A stretch of DNA of 64,000 bases, taken from assembly GCA_965248445.1 (NCBI GenBank), contig CBDFJG010000002.1, positions 672,001 to 736,000 on the forward strand. Reading direction: 5' to 3'. Under the pieces are notes generated by a model. It did no database searches and was not told the DNA's origin. It saw only the letters and a program-made list of their open reading frames with translations. Positions within the stretch are counted from its first letter, which is position 1, and the number at the start of each line of letters is the position of its first letter. Origin of the DNA: Planctomycetota bacterium. Lineage in GTDB: Bacteria; Planctomycetota; JAJSAM01; JAJVHW01. Both the position numbers and the translations under genes were made by a program. Below are positions 13,270-22,803 of the stretch, in pieces.

Positions 13270-14938
13270 CCGCATCTGTTCACGAGACGTCGCGATGACG
13301 GTGCTTTCGGAGTCCACAGGGTCAGATCTTGGCCAGGCGAGGGCGGATGCTGTCGTCGTTGCCACAAGGGCAACGCGAGTGAGCGGCCGAAACGGCGCGG
13401 ATTCTGCGGTGTGGGCAGACCGTAGGCCGGGCGGTGGTGTGGCGGACGGCGCGGCGGGACGTCAGGTCGGCTTCGGGGATGCCAGCAGTCGTTGCGCGCA
13501 GCGCTCGAAGACGTGCTGCCAGGGCCACGACGAGGACATCGAGACCCAGATCCGGCGCGTCGTGATCCGCACGAGCGCGCCGATCTTGAGCAGCCGCAGG
13601 CGGATCGTGCCGGCTTGCGCACGCGCCATCTCGGTGCCGGCGAGACCGATGCGTCGCAGCGCACAGGTCAGGACGTAGGCCATGGCCGACATGGCCATCC
13701 GCACGGCGTTGCCCTGCATCGTGTGCACCGACAGACGGGTGCCGAAGAGCTCGAGCTGCTGCTCCTTGATGCGATTCTCCGCCTCGCCCCGGGCGCAGTA
13801 GAGCTGCTCGTAGAGACGCTTGCTGCTCCAGCTACGAGGCGGCAGATTGGTCACCACGAAGCGGGGATTGCGCTTGCCGCCCGGCAGGTGCTCGGCCTTG
13901 GCGACCACGCGACGCCTCTGGCTCCAGCTCCCCAGCGTGGTCCAGGCAAAGTCGCGAAAGACCCGGGCTGCTCGGCCGGTCTGCACGGCACGGGCTGCGG
14001 CCTCATCGAGCGCGTCTTCGACGTGTCGCTCAAGGCGCTCATTGCGCGCCATGCCCAGCAGGTAGAAGTGGCCGGCGGCCTCGCACCAGGCCATCAGCTC
14101 CTCGCGGCAAAAGCCCGAGTCTGCGCGCACGAGCACCTTGGCCCGGGGCCAGCGGCGCCGCAGACGTAAGACCAGCGCACGGAGCTCGTCCACGACTCCG
14201 CGCGCGGGATCTCTGTCAGCGGTCTGGAGCCGAGCGAGCAAGAGGTGCTCGCCGCAGAAGACGTACAGCGGCAGGTAGCAGTAGTGCCCGTAGTAGCCGT
14301 GGAAGAAGCGGCCCTCCTGCCGGCCGTGCAGCCGCACGTCGGAGTGGTCCAGGTCCAGCACGAGCAGGCCCGGATCCTCCGGCCCCATGGCCTCGCAGAA
14401 GACGTCGCTGAGCACGCTGTCCACGCGCTCCTGGTCCATCTCGATCTTGGCGTAGCGCGTCTGTGCCGTGGCGCCGAGCTGCGTGGTCTCGAGCCGCGAG
14501 AGCGTCGGGTGCGTGGCCAGAGCACCCTCGCGCTTGCCGCACGCCGCGGCAAACAGCGGGTCCTTGCCGACATGGTCGTGGTCCACCAGATCCTCGTAGC
14601 CCGCGCACAGCCCGAAGACCCGCTGACGCAGCATCTGGCCGACCGTGTGCTCGACCCGACGCGGGTCCCGGTGGTCCCCGAAGCAGCGCGCAAACCGCGA
14701 GAGCAGATCGATGCGACGATCGACCCGCTCGAGCAGCAGCACGCCCCCGTCGCTCGTCAGGGTACCGGCGTCGAAGCGCGTCACCGCGGTGCGTCCACAG
14801 ATGCCCGCGAAGAGGGTCCCCTGCGGGCTACAGTCTGTCGTCATCGGGCCGGCGCTCCTGTCGGTGCAAGTACTGGCGCGTACGAGCACTTAGACAGACG
14901 ACGGCCCGCTCAGATTCCCGGCTGGTGAACGATTCGGG
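13270..14938 (-). mobile_element. IS1380-family insertion sequence, copy 1 (1669 bp)
   Basis: Imperfect IRs CCCGAATCGTTCAC / CCGCATCTGTTCAC; CTAG on both sides (13266-69, 14939-42); near-identical to copies 2 and 3. Confidence 0.93.
13462..14844 (-). CDS. IS1380-family DDE transposase
   Basis: TSDGG, GYEDL.D, LDLD, RADSGF, RGEAENRIKE; ATG (MTTDC) with AGGAG RBS. Confidence 0.93.
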   Translation of the reverse strand: MTTDCSPQGTLFAGICGRTAVTRFDAGTLTSDGGVLLLERVDRRIDLLSRFARCFGDHRDPRRVEHTVGQMLRQRVFGLCAGYEDLVDHDHVGKDPLFAAACGKREGALATHPTLSRLETTQLGATAQTRYAKIEMDQERVDSVLSDVFCEAMGPEDPGLLVLDLDHSDVRLHGRQEGRFFHGYYGHYCYLPLYVFCGEHLLLARLQTADRDPARGVVDELRALVLRLRRRWPRAKVLVRADSGFCREELMAWCEAAGHFYLLGMARNERLERHVEDALDEAAARAVQTGRAARVFRDFAWTTLGSWSQRRRVVAKAEHLPGGKRNPRFVVTNLPPRSWSSKRLYEQLYCARGEAENRIKEQQLELFGTRLSVHTMQGNAVRMAMSAMAYVLTCALRRIGLAGTEMARAQAGTIRLRLLKIGALVRITTRRIWVSMSSSWPWQHVFERCAQRLLASPKPT

Positions 14939-15152
14939 CTAGGAGCCGGACCAGCACCGACACCAGCAGCAGAGCCTGCCAGCCTGTCATGGCCCGTCCT
15001 GGATTACTGACGATTCGAGCCCCGGCGAAGTACGCTCACCGCTGCGGGCCCGGTATGTGCCGGGCCCGCCCTGGTTGGGTGACCGAGGCGCCGCAGAGGT
15101 GACCGAGGCCCCCGCAGGGATCGCTGAATGGGCGGATTCTCCCGGGGGCGCT

Positions 15153-16670
15153 TTGACGGCTTCGCGACGCAGCAAGAAGACGAGCTCGGCCTCCCGGCGG
15201 AAGACCACGCGCGGCAGCACCGCCAAGAAGGCCGCCAAGAAGCGGGCCCCTGCAAAGACCGCCAAGAGGTCCTCCAAGAAGTCCGCCGCCAAGAAGTCGG
15301 CCAAGCGATCCGCCAAGAAGACCACCACGCGCACGTCGACGAAGCGTACCGCCCCAGCGAAGAGGACCGCGAAGGGGTCGAAGAGAACGCCGAAGAAGAC
15401 CGCAAAGAACCCGACGAAGCGAACGACGAAGAGAGCCCCCCCGAAGAAGAAGACGACGGCGCGGAAGACCGCGCGGAAGACGACGTCCCGCAAGACTTCG
15501 AGCAAGACTCCCCCGAGGAAGTCGCCGAGGAAGTCGACGAAGAAGGCCCAGAAGAAATCGTTGCAGAAGAAGTCGGGCCAGAAGAAGTCGGTGCAGAGGC
15601 GTTCAACCGCTAAGAAGCCCGCCGCGAAAAAGTCGGCGAGCAAGAAGTCGGCTAAGAAGCCGGCAAAGAAGAGCGCGCCAGGGCGCGCATCCAAGCGACC
15701 GGCGAAGTCGGCTGCGGCAACGAAGTCCTCCCGCAAGAAGGGACGGATTCCGATCAAGCCCCAGCCCAAGAAGACGTCCGGGAGCAAGGTCTTGTCAGGT
15801 AAGTCCAAGGCGAAGTCCGAAACCAAGGGCAAGAAGCGCCGAGAGCGCAAGCCCAAGCCGCCGGCGAAGACGATGCAGGCGCCCGAGCCCGTCCGCGACA
15901 TCCTCGTACTGTCGGCCATGCCGGACGTACGCCGGGCCGTGGGCGCGAGGGAGCGCCGCCGCTCGGCTCGCGGACACATGAAGCCCGACACGTCCGCGCC
16001 GGAAGTCGAGAGCGACGAGTCGCGTGAGCCGATCGACGCATCGCTGATCATGCAGACGCTGGCGGTAGACGTCGCGCCGAAGATCGAGGACAACTACGAC
16101 TACTCGGTGCTCGACGAGTTCCAGCAGTCCAAGCACTGCCCGAACGCGACGCGCATGGTGAACACCGGCTGCGGCGGCGGTGAGGCGGCCGTCTACTTCG
16201 CGAAGATCGGGTTCCAGTGCGTCGGCATCGATCCGGATCGCAGCGAAGTCGGGCTCGCGCGCGAGCGCGCCTGGCTCGCCAGCACCGACATCGACTTCAT
16301 GGTGGGGGACCTCTTCGAGACCCCGAACCTGCTCCCCGCGGGCTCGTTCGGACTCGCCGTCGACCGCGGCGCGTTCAGCAAGATCGAAGAGGATCGCGAC
16401 CGCCAGCGCTACCTGTCCAACATCCGCCGCCTCCTCTTCGAGGGAGGCGTCCTGTTCCTCTCGGCCGGCTACTTCCCGCTTACGGGCAGCGCCGGCCCGA
16501 AGAAGAAGACGAAGAGCCGCCGCGCTGCGTCGCAGATCCTGCTAGCGCGTGAGGGCGGCGTCGTCGTAGGGGAACTGCGTAAGGCGGGCTTCACCCTCCT
16601 GCACCGCGTCCTGCGGCAGACAGCCGACTCCGGCGACCTCGGCGAATTGCTGCTGACGCTGCGCAAGTAG
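15153..16670 (+). CDS. histone-H1-like Lys/Ser/Ala-rich domain fused to a class I SAM-dependent methyltransferase
   Basis: About 240 aa of KKxAKK-type repeats, then VNTGCGGG, VGID, GDLF, AVDRGAF, LLFEGG; TTG start inferred. Confidence 0.75.
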   Translation: MTASRRSKKTSSASRRKTTRGSTAKKAAKKRAPAKTAKRSSKKSAAKKSAKRSAKKTTTRTSTKRTAPAKRTAKGSKRTPKKTAKNPTKRTTKRAPPKKKTTARKTARKTTSRKTSSKTPPRKSPRKSTKKAQKKSLQKKSGQKKSVQRRSTAKKPAAKKSASKKSAKKPAKKSAPGRASKRPAKSAAATKSSRKKGRIPIKPQPKKTSGSKVLSGKSKAKSETKGKKRRERKPKPPAKTMQAPEPVRDILVLSAMPDVRRAVGARERRRSARGHMKPDTSAPEVESDESREPIDASLIMQTLAVDVAPKIEDNYDYSVLDEFQQSKHCPNATRMVNTGCGGGEAAVYFAKIGFQCVGIDPDRSEVGLARERAWLASTDIDFMVGDLFETPNLLPAGSFGLAVDRGAFSKIEEDRDRQRYLSNIRRLLFEGGVLFLSAGYFPLTGSAGPKKKTKSRRAASQILLAREGGVVVGELRKAGFTLLHRVLRQTADSGDLGELLLTLRK

Positions 16671-16681
16671 GCGGCGCGCCG

Positions 16682-17551
16682 TTGCGCGCGACCCGCCGCA
16701 TCGAGATCCTGCTGGGGGGCGGCTTCTGGACCGTCGTGGCCGTCACCGCGCTGGTCCGTGGGGCCGCGGACGCCATGCTCCCGTACGCCGCAGCCGCCGT
16801 GCTCGGTGCGCTCGTCTGGACACTCGTACTGCGCCGTAGCGCTGCGGCGACAACCGTCCTCGACTGGCTCCCGTTCCCGTTCGTCGTTCTGACGTACGAG
16901 ATGCTGCACGCGGTGGTGCCGCGCTGCTGGCAGGGGACGATCGACGCCACGCTGCGCGCCGCCGATCAGTCGATCCTGGGCGCGGATCTGACGAGCCTGC
17001 TGGGGTCGTGGCCCGACGCCGGCGGCGCTGCGTTCTTCTCCGCCTGCTACGCGACGTACTACGTGCTTCCGCTGTCGCTGGCGGTCTGGTGGTGGCGCCG
17101 AAATCGCACGGCGTTCCGGGAGCTCATGGCCGGTGTGGTGGGCGGTCTGTTCATCGGATATCTGGGATACCTGTTCCTCCCGGCGGTGGGGCCGCAGGCG
17201 CACCTCGCTGTCGAGGACGGGGGTGGCCTGCTCGCCGGTGACTTCGTCGGCACGGCGATTCGAAGCCTCAACTCATCACACGCAGGCGCCTTCCCGCGCG
17301 ATGCGTTCCCCAGTCTGCACACGTGCAACGCGGTGACCGCCGTGCTAGTCACGATCCGCCACGAACGGCGCGCCCTCTGGTACGCGGGGGCGCTGGCGGC
17401 GGGGATCGTGGCCGCGACGATTGTCCTGCGATGGCACTGGATGGTGGACGTCCTGGCCGGTGCGGCGCTCGCGGTCGCGTGGCAGGCCGTCGTCCCTCGG
17501 TTCGTGGCGTGCGAGAGCGCCGCGTACACTTCGGATCGGAAACGACCATGA
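16682..17551 (+). CDS. PAP2-superfamily membrane protein (Aur1/inositol phosphorylceramide synthase-like)
   Basis: PAVGP, DAFPSLH, LRWHWMVDVLAG; multiple TM helices. Confidence 0.85.
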   Translation: MRATRRIEILLGGGFWTVVAVTALVRGAADAMLPYAAAAVLGALVWTLVLRRSAAATTVLDWLPFPFVVLTYEMLHAVVPRCWQGTIDATLRAADQSILGADLTSLLGSWPDAGGAAFFSACYATYYVLPLSLAVWWWRRNRTAFRELMAGVVGGLFIGYLGYLFLPAVGPQAHLAVEDGGGLLAGDFVGTAIRSLNSSHAGAFPRDAFPSLHTCNAVTAVLVTIRHERRALWYAGALAAGIVAATIVLRWHWMVDVLAGAALAVAWQAVVPRFVACESAAYTSDRKRP

Positions 17552-18774
17552 CTCCAGACGACCTCGCCGGATCACTCGCGTCCCCGCAGATCGTGCGGCT
17601 GGAGCGGCTCAGCGCTGGCGTGCCGGGCACGCTGGCGGTTGCACTCACACACGGCGGTCCCACAGGCGCTCTCTCCGACTGCATCGCGCTGCTCGCCCTC
17701 GACGCGTTGCCGTCGACCAACGGTCCCGTGGTCGCGGCCGCCGACGCAGCGCTGGCTGCCTCGCTCGCGGCCGTCTGTTCCGCGCGCGGCCGGCGCGCGA
17801 TCGTCGTCGTCGACGGCGATCTGCCCATCGTGGACCGGAATCGAATCGCTGCGTTCGGCGGCGACGTCCGGCCGTGTCCTGCAGGCACGGCAGACGACGA
17901 CGTTCGCTCGCCGCTCACCGTCGCGCGCAGGATCGCGGAATCCACCGATCGTGCCACGCTGGTGGAGTGGGACGCCCTCGATGCGGCGCCGTTCATGTCC
18001 GCTCTGCAGGCCGCCGCGGGCGCCACGTCGCTCACGGTGCTCGTCCCACCCGGCGGCGAGGTGCTCGCCGCCGCACTGCGGCGCACGCACCAGGGCACGG
18101 TTCTGCTCGCCACCACCGACCGTGGCGGAGACGCCGAAACACAGCGGGTCGAGGATCGCGACGCCGCACAGGCCGCACGGCGGGCCGCCGCCGAGGAAGG
18201 CCTGCTCACCGGCATGGCGGGTGGGACGGCTCTGGCGGCAGCACTGCGGCGGGCCGATCGAGCCGGCGACGCCGGACCGGCCGAGACGGTGATCGCGCTG
18301 CTCACCGGACGCGGGGAGCGCGCCTTGACCACGGTGTTCGACGACGACTGGATGCGCCGCCATCACCTGCTGCCGGAGCGATCCGCGCTGACCGCCGGCG
18401 CCATCGTTGCACGCAAGGGCGGCGCACCGCGCGAGGTCGTCGTGCTGGCACCGGACGCGAGAGTGAGCGACGCCGTGCGGATCATGCAGGAACTCGAGAT
18501 CTCACAGATCCCGATCGTGGACGAGGGCGCGGTGGTGGGCACGGTGCGCGAGGACCAGGTGATCGACCTCCTGCTGCACGCCCCGGACAGCAAGGACGGT
18601 CCGGTCTCCGCGGTGATGGACGACCCGCTGCCGGAAGTAGACGGCGCCGCCTCCGTCGAGGCCGTCCAGGAGCTGCTGGTGTCCGGGCACACGGCAGTTC
18701 TCGTTCGCCTGGACGGCGGTGGCCGCGACATCGTCACGAAGTACGACCTGATTCACGGATTGACGCGTTCCTAG
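17548..18774 (+). CDS. degenerate cystathionine beta-synthase-like protein (fold-type II PLP domain plus CBS pair)
   Basis: AARRAAAEEGLLTG, VFDDDWMR and a C-terminal CBS pair (ISQIPIVDEG, IVTKYDLI); ATGA overlap with upstream gene; PLP lysine absent. Confidence 0.75.
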   Translation: MTPDDLAGSLASPQIVRLERLSAGVPGTLAVALTHGGPTGALSDCIALLALDALPSTNGPVVAAADAALAASLAAVCSARGRRAIVVVDGDLPIVDRNRIAAFGGDVRPCPAGTADDDVRSPLTVARRIAESTDRATLVEWDALDAAPFMSALQAAAGATSLTVLVPPGGEVLAAALRRTHQGTVLLATTDRGGDAETQRVEDRDAAQAARRAAAEEGLLTGMAGGTALAAALRRADRAGDAGPAETVIALLTGRGERALTTVFDDDWMRRHHLLPERSALTAGAIVARKGGAPREVVVLAPDARVSDAVRIMQELEISQIPIVDEGAVVGTVREDQVIDLLLHAPDSKDGPVSAVMDDPLPEVDGAASVEAVQELLVSGHTAVLVRLDGGGRDIVTKYDLIHGLTRS

Positions 18775-18782
18775 GAGCCACC

Positions 18783-19937
18783 ATGAACGACGCTGAACAC
18801 GGTTTCGGAACACGCGCGATCCACGGCGGGCAGTCGCCCGACCCGTCCACCGGTGCAATCATGCCGCCGGTCTACATGACGAGCACGTACGTGCAGTCGT
18901 CGCCCGGCGTCAACAAGGGGTTCGACTACTCGCGCACGATCAACCCGACCCGCATTGCGCTCGAAGCGAACCTCGCGGCGCTCGAGGGGGCGAGTCACGG
19001 GCTCGCCTTCTCGAGCGGGATGGCGGCCGGAAACAGCGTGCTGCAGCTCTTGTCCGCCGGCGATCACGTCGTCGCCTGCAACGACCTCTACGGCGGCAGC
19101 TACCGGATCATGCGCGCGGTGTACGAGCGCTTCGGCCTCACGTTCTCGTTCCTCGACACGACGGACGAGGACGCGTACACGGCGGCGTTCCGACCGGAGA
19201 CCAAGCTCGTCTGGATCGAGACCCCGAGCAACCCGCTGCTCCGGATCTCGGACATCGAGCGGTGCGCATCGATCGCGCGCGACCGCGGGGCGCTCACGGT
19301 CGTCGACAACACGTTCGCGACGCCGTACCTGCAGCAGCCTCTCGCGCTCGGTGCGGACATCGCGCTCCACAGCACGACGAAGTACCTCGGTGGCCACAGC
19401 GACGTGGTCGGAGGGGCGCTGCTCATGAACGACGACGGCCTGCACGAGCGCTCGCGGTTCCTGCAGAACTCGGTCGGGAGCGTGCCCGGCCCCATGGACT
19501 GCTTCCTCGTGCTGCGGGGCACCAAGACGCTGCACCTCCGCATGGACAAGCACGCCGAGAACGCCGCGCACATCGCCGAGTGGCTGAGTGGCCACGACGC
19601 GGTCGAGCGCGTGTTCTATCCCGGCCTTCCGTCGCACCCCCAGCACGCACTCGCATCGCGACAGATGCGCAACGCCGGCGGCATGGTGAGCTTCGACGTG
19701 AAGGGCGGACTCGCCGGAAGCCGCCGCGTCGCCGGGCGGGTGCGGCTCTTCGCTCTCGCGGAGAGCCTCGGCGGCGTGGAGTCGCTGCTCGACCACCCGG
19801 CCATCATGACCCACGCCTCCATCCCGCGCGCGGAGCGCGAGGCGGCCGGGCTGACGGACGGCCTGCTACGGCTATCGGTCGGCATCGAGGACCTCGACGA
19901 CCTCATGGCCGACCTCGAGCACGCCCTCTCCGGCTGA
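18783..19937 (+). CDS. cystathionine gamma-lyase/gamma-synthase (Cys/Met metabolism PLP enzyme)
   Basis: YSRTINPT, ETPSNP, DNTFATP, HSTTKYLGGHSD, AESLGGVESL. Confidence 0.93.
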   Translation: MNDAEHGFGTRAIHGGQSPDPSTGAIMPPVYMTSTYVQSSPGVNKGFDYSRTINPTRIALEANLAALEGASHGLAFSSGMAAGNSVLQLLSAGDHVVACNDLYGGSYRIMRAVYERFGLTFSFLDTTDEDAYTAAFRPETKLVWIETPSNPLLRISDIERCASIARDRGALTVVDNTFATPYLQQPLALGADIALHSTTKYLGGHSDVVGGALLMNDDGLHERSRFLQNSVGSVPGPMDCFLVLRGTKTLHLRMDKHAENAAHIAEWLSGHDAVERVFYPGLPSHPQHALASRQMRNAGGMVSFDVKGGLAGSRRVAGRVRLFALAESLGGVESLLDHPAIMTHASIPRAEREAAGLTDGLLRLSVGIEDLDDLMADLEHALSG

Positions 19938-19972
19938 GAATTCGACGAAGCGGGTACGAACCTCCGGCGTCG

Positions 19973-21472
19973 GTAACCGTTCACCCCTTCGTCGCGAGCC
20001 AGGATCCAGATCGTTCGGCCATCGGTCGATCAAGATGTTGTGGGCGAGCGGCAGGACGAGGATCTGCGGGCGATGGTCGAGGGCCTTCTGGCCTGGATCG
20101 AGGAGCTGGAGCGTCGCGAAGCGAAGCATCTGCGCCGCATCGACGAGCTCGAGTCGCGTCTGAAGCGTGACTCCCGCAACAGCTCGAGGCCTCCGTCGTC
20201 GGACCCGGCGTGGTCCAAGCGCCGTCGCGGCCGAAGGCCGCGTAGCGGTCGCAAGCAGGGCGGACAGCCGGGCCATGAGGGCACGGCGCGCGAGCTGGTG
20301 GATCCGTCCAACGTCGATGAGACCAAGGAGCACCGTCCCGACCTCTGCGACGCGTGCGGACACGACGATCTCGAGCAGGGCATCGGCGATCCGTACCGGC
20401 ACCAGGTGACGGTGCTCCCGCGCGTGCTCGTCACGGTGCGGGAGCACCGGCTGCACAAGGCGCGGTGCCGGCGCTGTCGTGCGGTCACGACGGCGGTCCT
20501 GCCCGATGGCGTGCCGACCGGGGCCTTCGGTCCGCGGCTGACCACACTTGCCGGCGCGCTGCGCGGCGTGTACCGCGTGAGCGTGCGGGAGACGCAGCGG
20601 CTGCTCGGTGAGATCTTCGGTGTGAAGATGTCGCTGGGCAAGATCAGCGACTGTGAGCGTCGGCTCAGTGACGCTCTGCACTCGTCGTACCTCGAAGCCC
20701 TCGGGGCAGTCCGCACGTCGCTGCGAGCCAACGTGGACGAGACGTCGTGGAAGGAACGGGGCCGGGTGTGCTGGCTGTGGGCGGCGGAGAGCGAGCACGC
20801 CACAGCCTTCGGGATCGATCGCCGCCGCAGTGCCAAGGCGAAAGGGCGGCTGATCGGGCGGCGCTTCGGTGGCACGGTGATCAGCGACCGGATGGGTGCC
20901 TACGAGTCACACCCACTTGCCCGCCGCCAGCTCTGCTGGGCGCACATCGAGCGCGCCTTCCGTGCGCTGGCCGAAGGCCCGCGAGGACATCGCCGCTTCG
21001 GCAACAAGGGCGTCATGATCGCGCAGTCGGTCATGCGCAGCTACCGGCTCTTCGGTGAGCACGGCGACCGTGACCGGCTGCAAGGCGAAGCCGCTGTGCT
21101 GCGCGGACGGCTCGAGCGACTGATCGCGAACGACGACTCGGCTCTGGCCAACCATCTGCGCCCCCGCGTGGTCGCCCTCTTCACCTATGCGCGGACCCAG
21201 GACGTGAGTCCGACCAACAACGCCGCCGAGCGCGCGGTCCGCAAAGCGGTGCTCTGGCGCAAGGGCTCCTTCGGAAGCCAGTCCGCTCGCGGACTCCGCT
21301 TCGCCGAGCGCGTGTTGACCGCCGCGGCCACGCTGCGACGCCGTGGCGACCAAGTCTTCGACTTCCTCGCCGACTCGGTCGCCGCGCACCTCACCGGCGC
21401 CGACCCGCCCGTCATGGTCCCGCTGCCCCTCGCACGCTGAGGCTCACACGCTGTCAAGGGGTGAACGGTTAC
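19973..21472 (+). mobile_element. IS66-family insertion sequence, single-ORF (ISBst12-like), 1500 bp
   Basis: 17-bp perfect IR GTAACCGTTCACCCCTT; 8-bp TSD CGGCGTCG at 19965-72 and 21473-80. Confidence 0.93.
20040..21440 (+). CDS. IS66-family transposase TnpC
   Basis: NSSRPPSSD, GGQPGHEG, Zn-finger CxxC pairs, VDET, SDR, QLCWAH, TNNAAER. Confidence 0.93.
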   Translation: MGERQDEDLRAMVEGLLAWIEELERREAKHLRRIDELESRLKRDSRNSSRPPSSDPAWSKRRRGRRPRSGRKQGGQPGHEGTARELVDPSNVDETKEHRPDLCDACGHDDLEQGIGDPYRHQVTVLPRVLVTVREHRLHKARCRRCRAVTTAVLPDGVPTGAFGPRLTTLAGALRGVYRVSVRETQRLLGEIFGVKMSLGKISDCERRLSDALHSSYLEALGAVRTSLRANVDETSWKERGRVCWLWAAESEHATAFGIDRRRSAKAKGRLIGRRFGGTVISDRMGAYESHPLARRQLCWAHIERAFRALAEGPRGHRRFGNKGVMIAQSVMRSYRLFGEHGDRDRLQGEAAVLRGRLERLIANDDSALANHLRPRVVALFTYARTQDVSPTNNAAERAVRKAVLWRKGSFGSQSARGLRFAERVLTAAATLRRRGDQVFDFLADSVAAHLTGADPPVMVPLPLAR

Positions 21473-21525
21473 CGGCGTCGCGCGTCGTACTCCATGGAAG
21501 GGGTGCTACGCACCGGAGGTGCACG

Positions 21526-22791
21526 ATGCGCGTGACCGCACTGCTCGCCCCCGTCCTCGTGACGGGACTCACCGTCTTCACCGTCTTGGCTGGGCTCACG
21601 GCCTGCTCAGGCGGCCAGCCGAGAGGAGGTGACGCCGCCCCCGAAGAAGGCGTGGATCGTGCGGTTCGCCTCGACGAGCACCGCACGCTCGGCGCGCCGC
21701 TGACCATCGGCAACCTGCGCGTGTGGCCCGTCCACTCGGATGCCTCGCTCGACGTGGGGGAGTTTCTCACGCTCGCCGAAGCACAGGAGGCCGGCGTCGC
21801 CAAGGTGCGCGAGGTCGGGAGCCAGAACCTGAACTCGAACGGCAGCGCCACCGTCGGGACACTCGAGGTCGTGAACGGCAGCGACAAGCCGATCCTGATC
21901 CTGGCCGGCACCGTGGTGAAGGGCGGCAACCAGGACCGGCAACTGGGCCAGGACGTCGTGGTGTCAGCGGGCGCGACCGTGCCCGTCCAGGCTTTCTGCG
22001 TGGAGCAGGGGCGCTGGAGCAGCGCGCGCGAGGGGGTCGCCACGGACGGCGAGTTCGTCGCGCTCGAAGCGGTGACGAACGCGAGCATCCGCAAGAACGC
22101 GCAGTACGCCAAGGACCAGGGTGCCGTCTGGGAGGAGGTCGCCGCCGTGCGCGACGCGGCGTTCACCGCGCCCTTCACGTACAGCCAAACCGGCAGTACC
22201 CGGGTCCGGACCCGCGAAGCGGGCGGAGGCGGCGGGCACGGCCAGGACATCGACTCGAACGACGTGATCATTGCGTCTGTTGCGACTTTCCGAGACGAAC
22301 CCGTGCGCGACGCGTACCAGACCTTCACGTACGCCACCGAGGGATCGACGTTCATCGATGTGCTCGAGAAGTCGCCACCGGAGGTGGTCGCGAAACGGGA
22401 CGAGACGGCCGCCGCCGTGCTGGCTCATTTCGAGGTGCTGGCCGCGGGCGAGGACGCCCCGATCGGCTTCGCGTACGCCATCGGCGACGATCCCGTCACC
22501 GTGCGTGCGTTCGCTCACCATCGGTTGCTCGCCAAGAACCTCGGGAGCTTCGCCAAGGCGATGGCCGTCGAGGCCTCGCTCGCCGAGGGCGAGTCCTCGA
22601 ACTGCACCGCTGAGGACGTCGTGGCGATGGTCAAGGACATCGCGAAGGGCGACGAGAGGCGCGTGGAGACCGCCGCGGCGAATGCACTCGGTTTGCGAGA
22701 GAACGAAACGGGCTGGAACGGCAAGTGCCTGTTCGATGCAGACGGCGACGGCAAGGAGGATTCGCTGACGGAGGACTGGACGCGGCGCTAG
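21526..22791 (+). CDS. lipoprotein with ARPP-1/DUF6569-like domain
   Basis: Lipobox LTAC; ILAGTVVKGGNQDR, FCVEQGRW, QGAVW motifs; GGAGG RBS. Confidence 0.75.
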   Translation: MRVTALLAPVLVTGLTVFTVLAGLTACSGGQPRGGDAAPEEGVDRAVRLDEHRTLGAPLTIGNLRVWPVHSDASLDVGEFLTLAEAQEAGVAKVREVGSQNLNSNGSATVGTLEVVNGSDKPILILAGTVVKGGNQDRQLGQDVVVSAGATVPVQAFCVEQGRWSSAREGVATDGEFVALEAVTNASIRKNAQYAKDQGAVWEEVAAVRDAAFTAPFTYSQTGSTRVRTREAGGGGGHGQDIDSNDVIIASVATFRDEPVRDAYQTFTYATEGSTFIDVLEKSPPEVVAKRDETAAAVLAHFEVLAAGEDAPIGFAYAIGDDPVTVRAFAHHRLLAKNLGSFAKAMAVEASLAEGESSNCTAEDVVAMVKDIAKGDERRVETAAANALGLRENETGWNGKCLFDADGDGKEDSLTEDWTRR

Positions 22792-22803
22792 CCGCGTCGC
22801 TAG

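Noticed and set aside
17421..18782. 838-aa fusion N-terminal to cystathionine gamma-lyase
   Set aside because: The upstream part is an off-frame overlap with the CBS-like gene. The real start is ATG 18783 with an AGGAG RBS.
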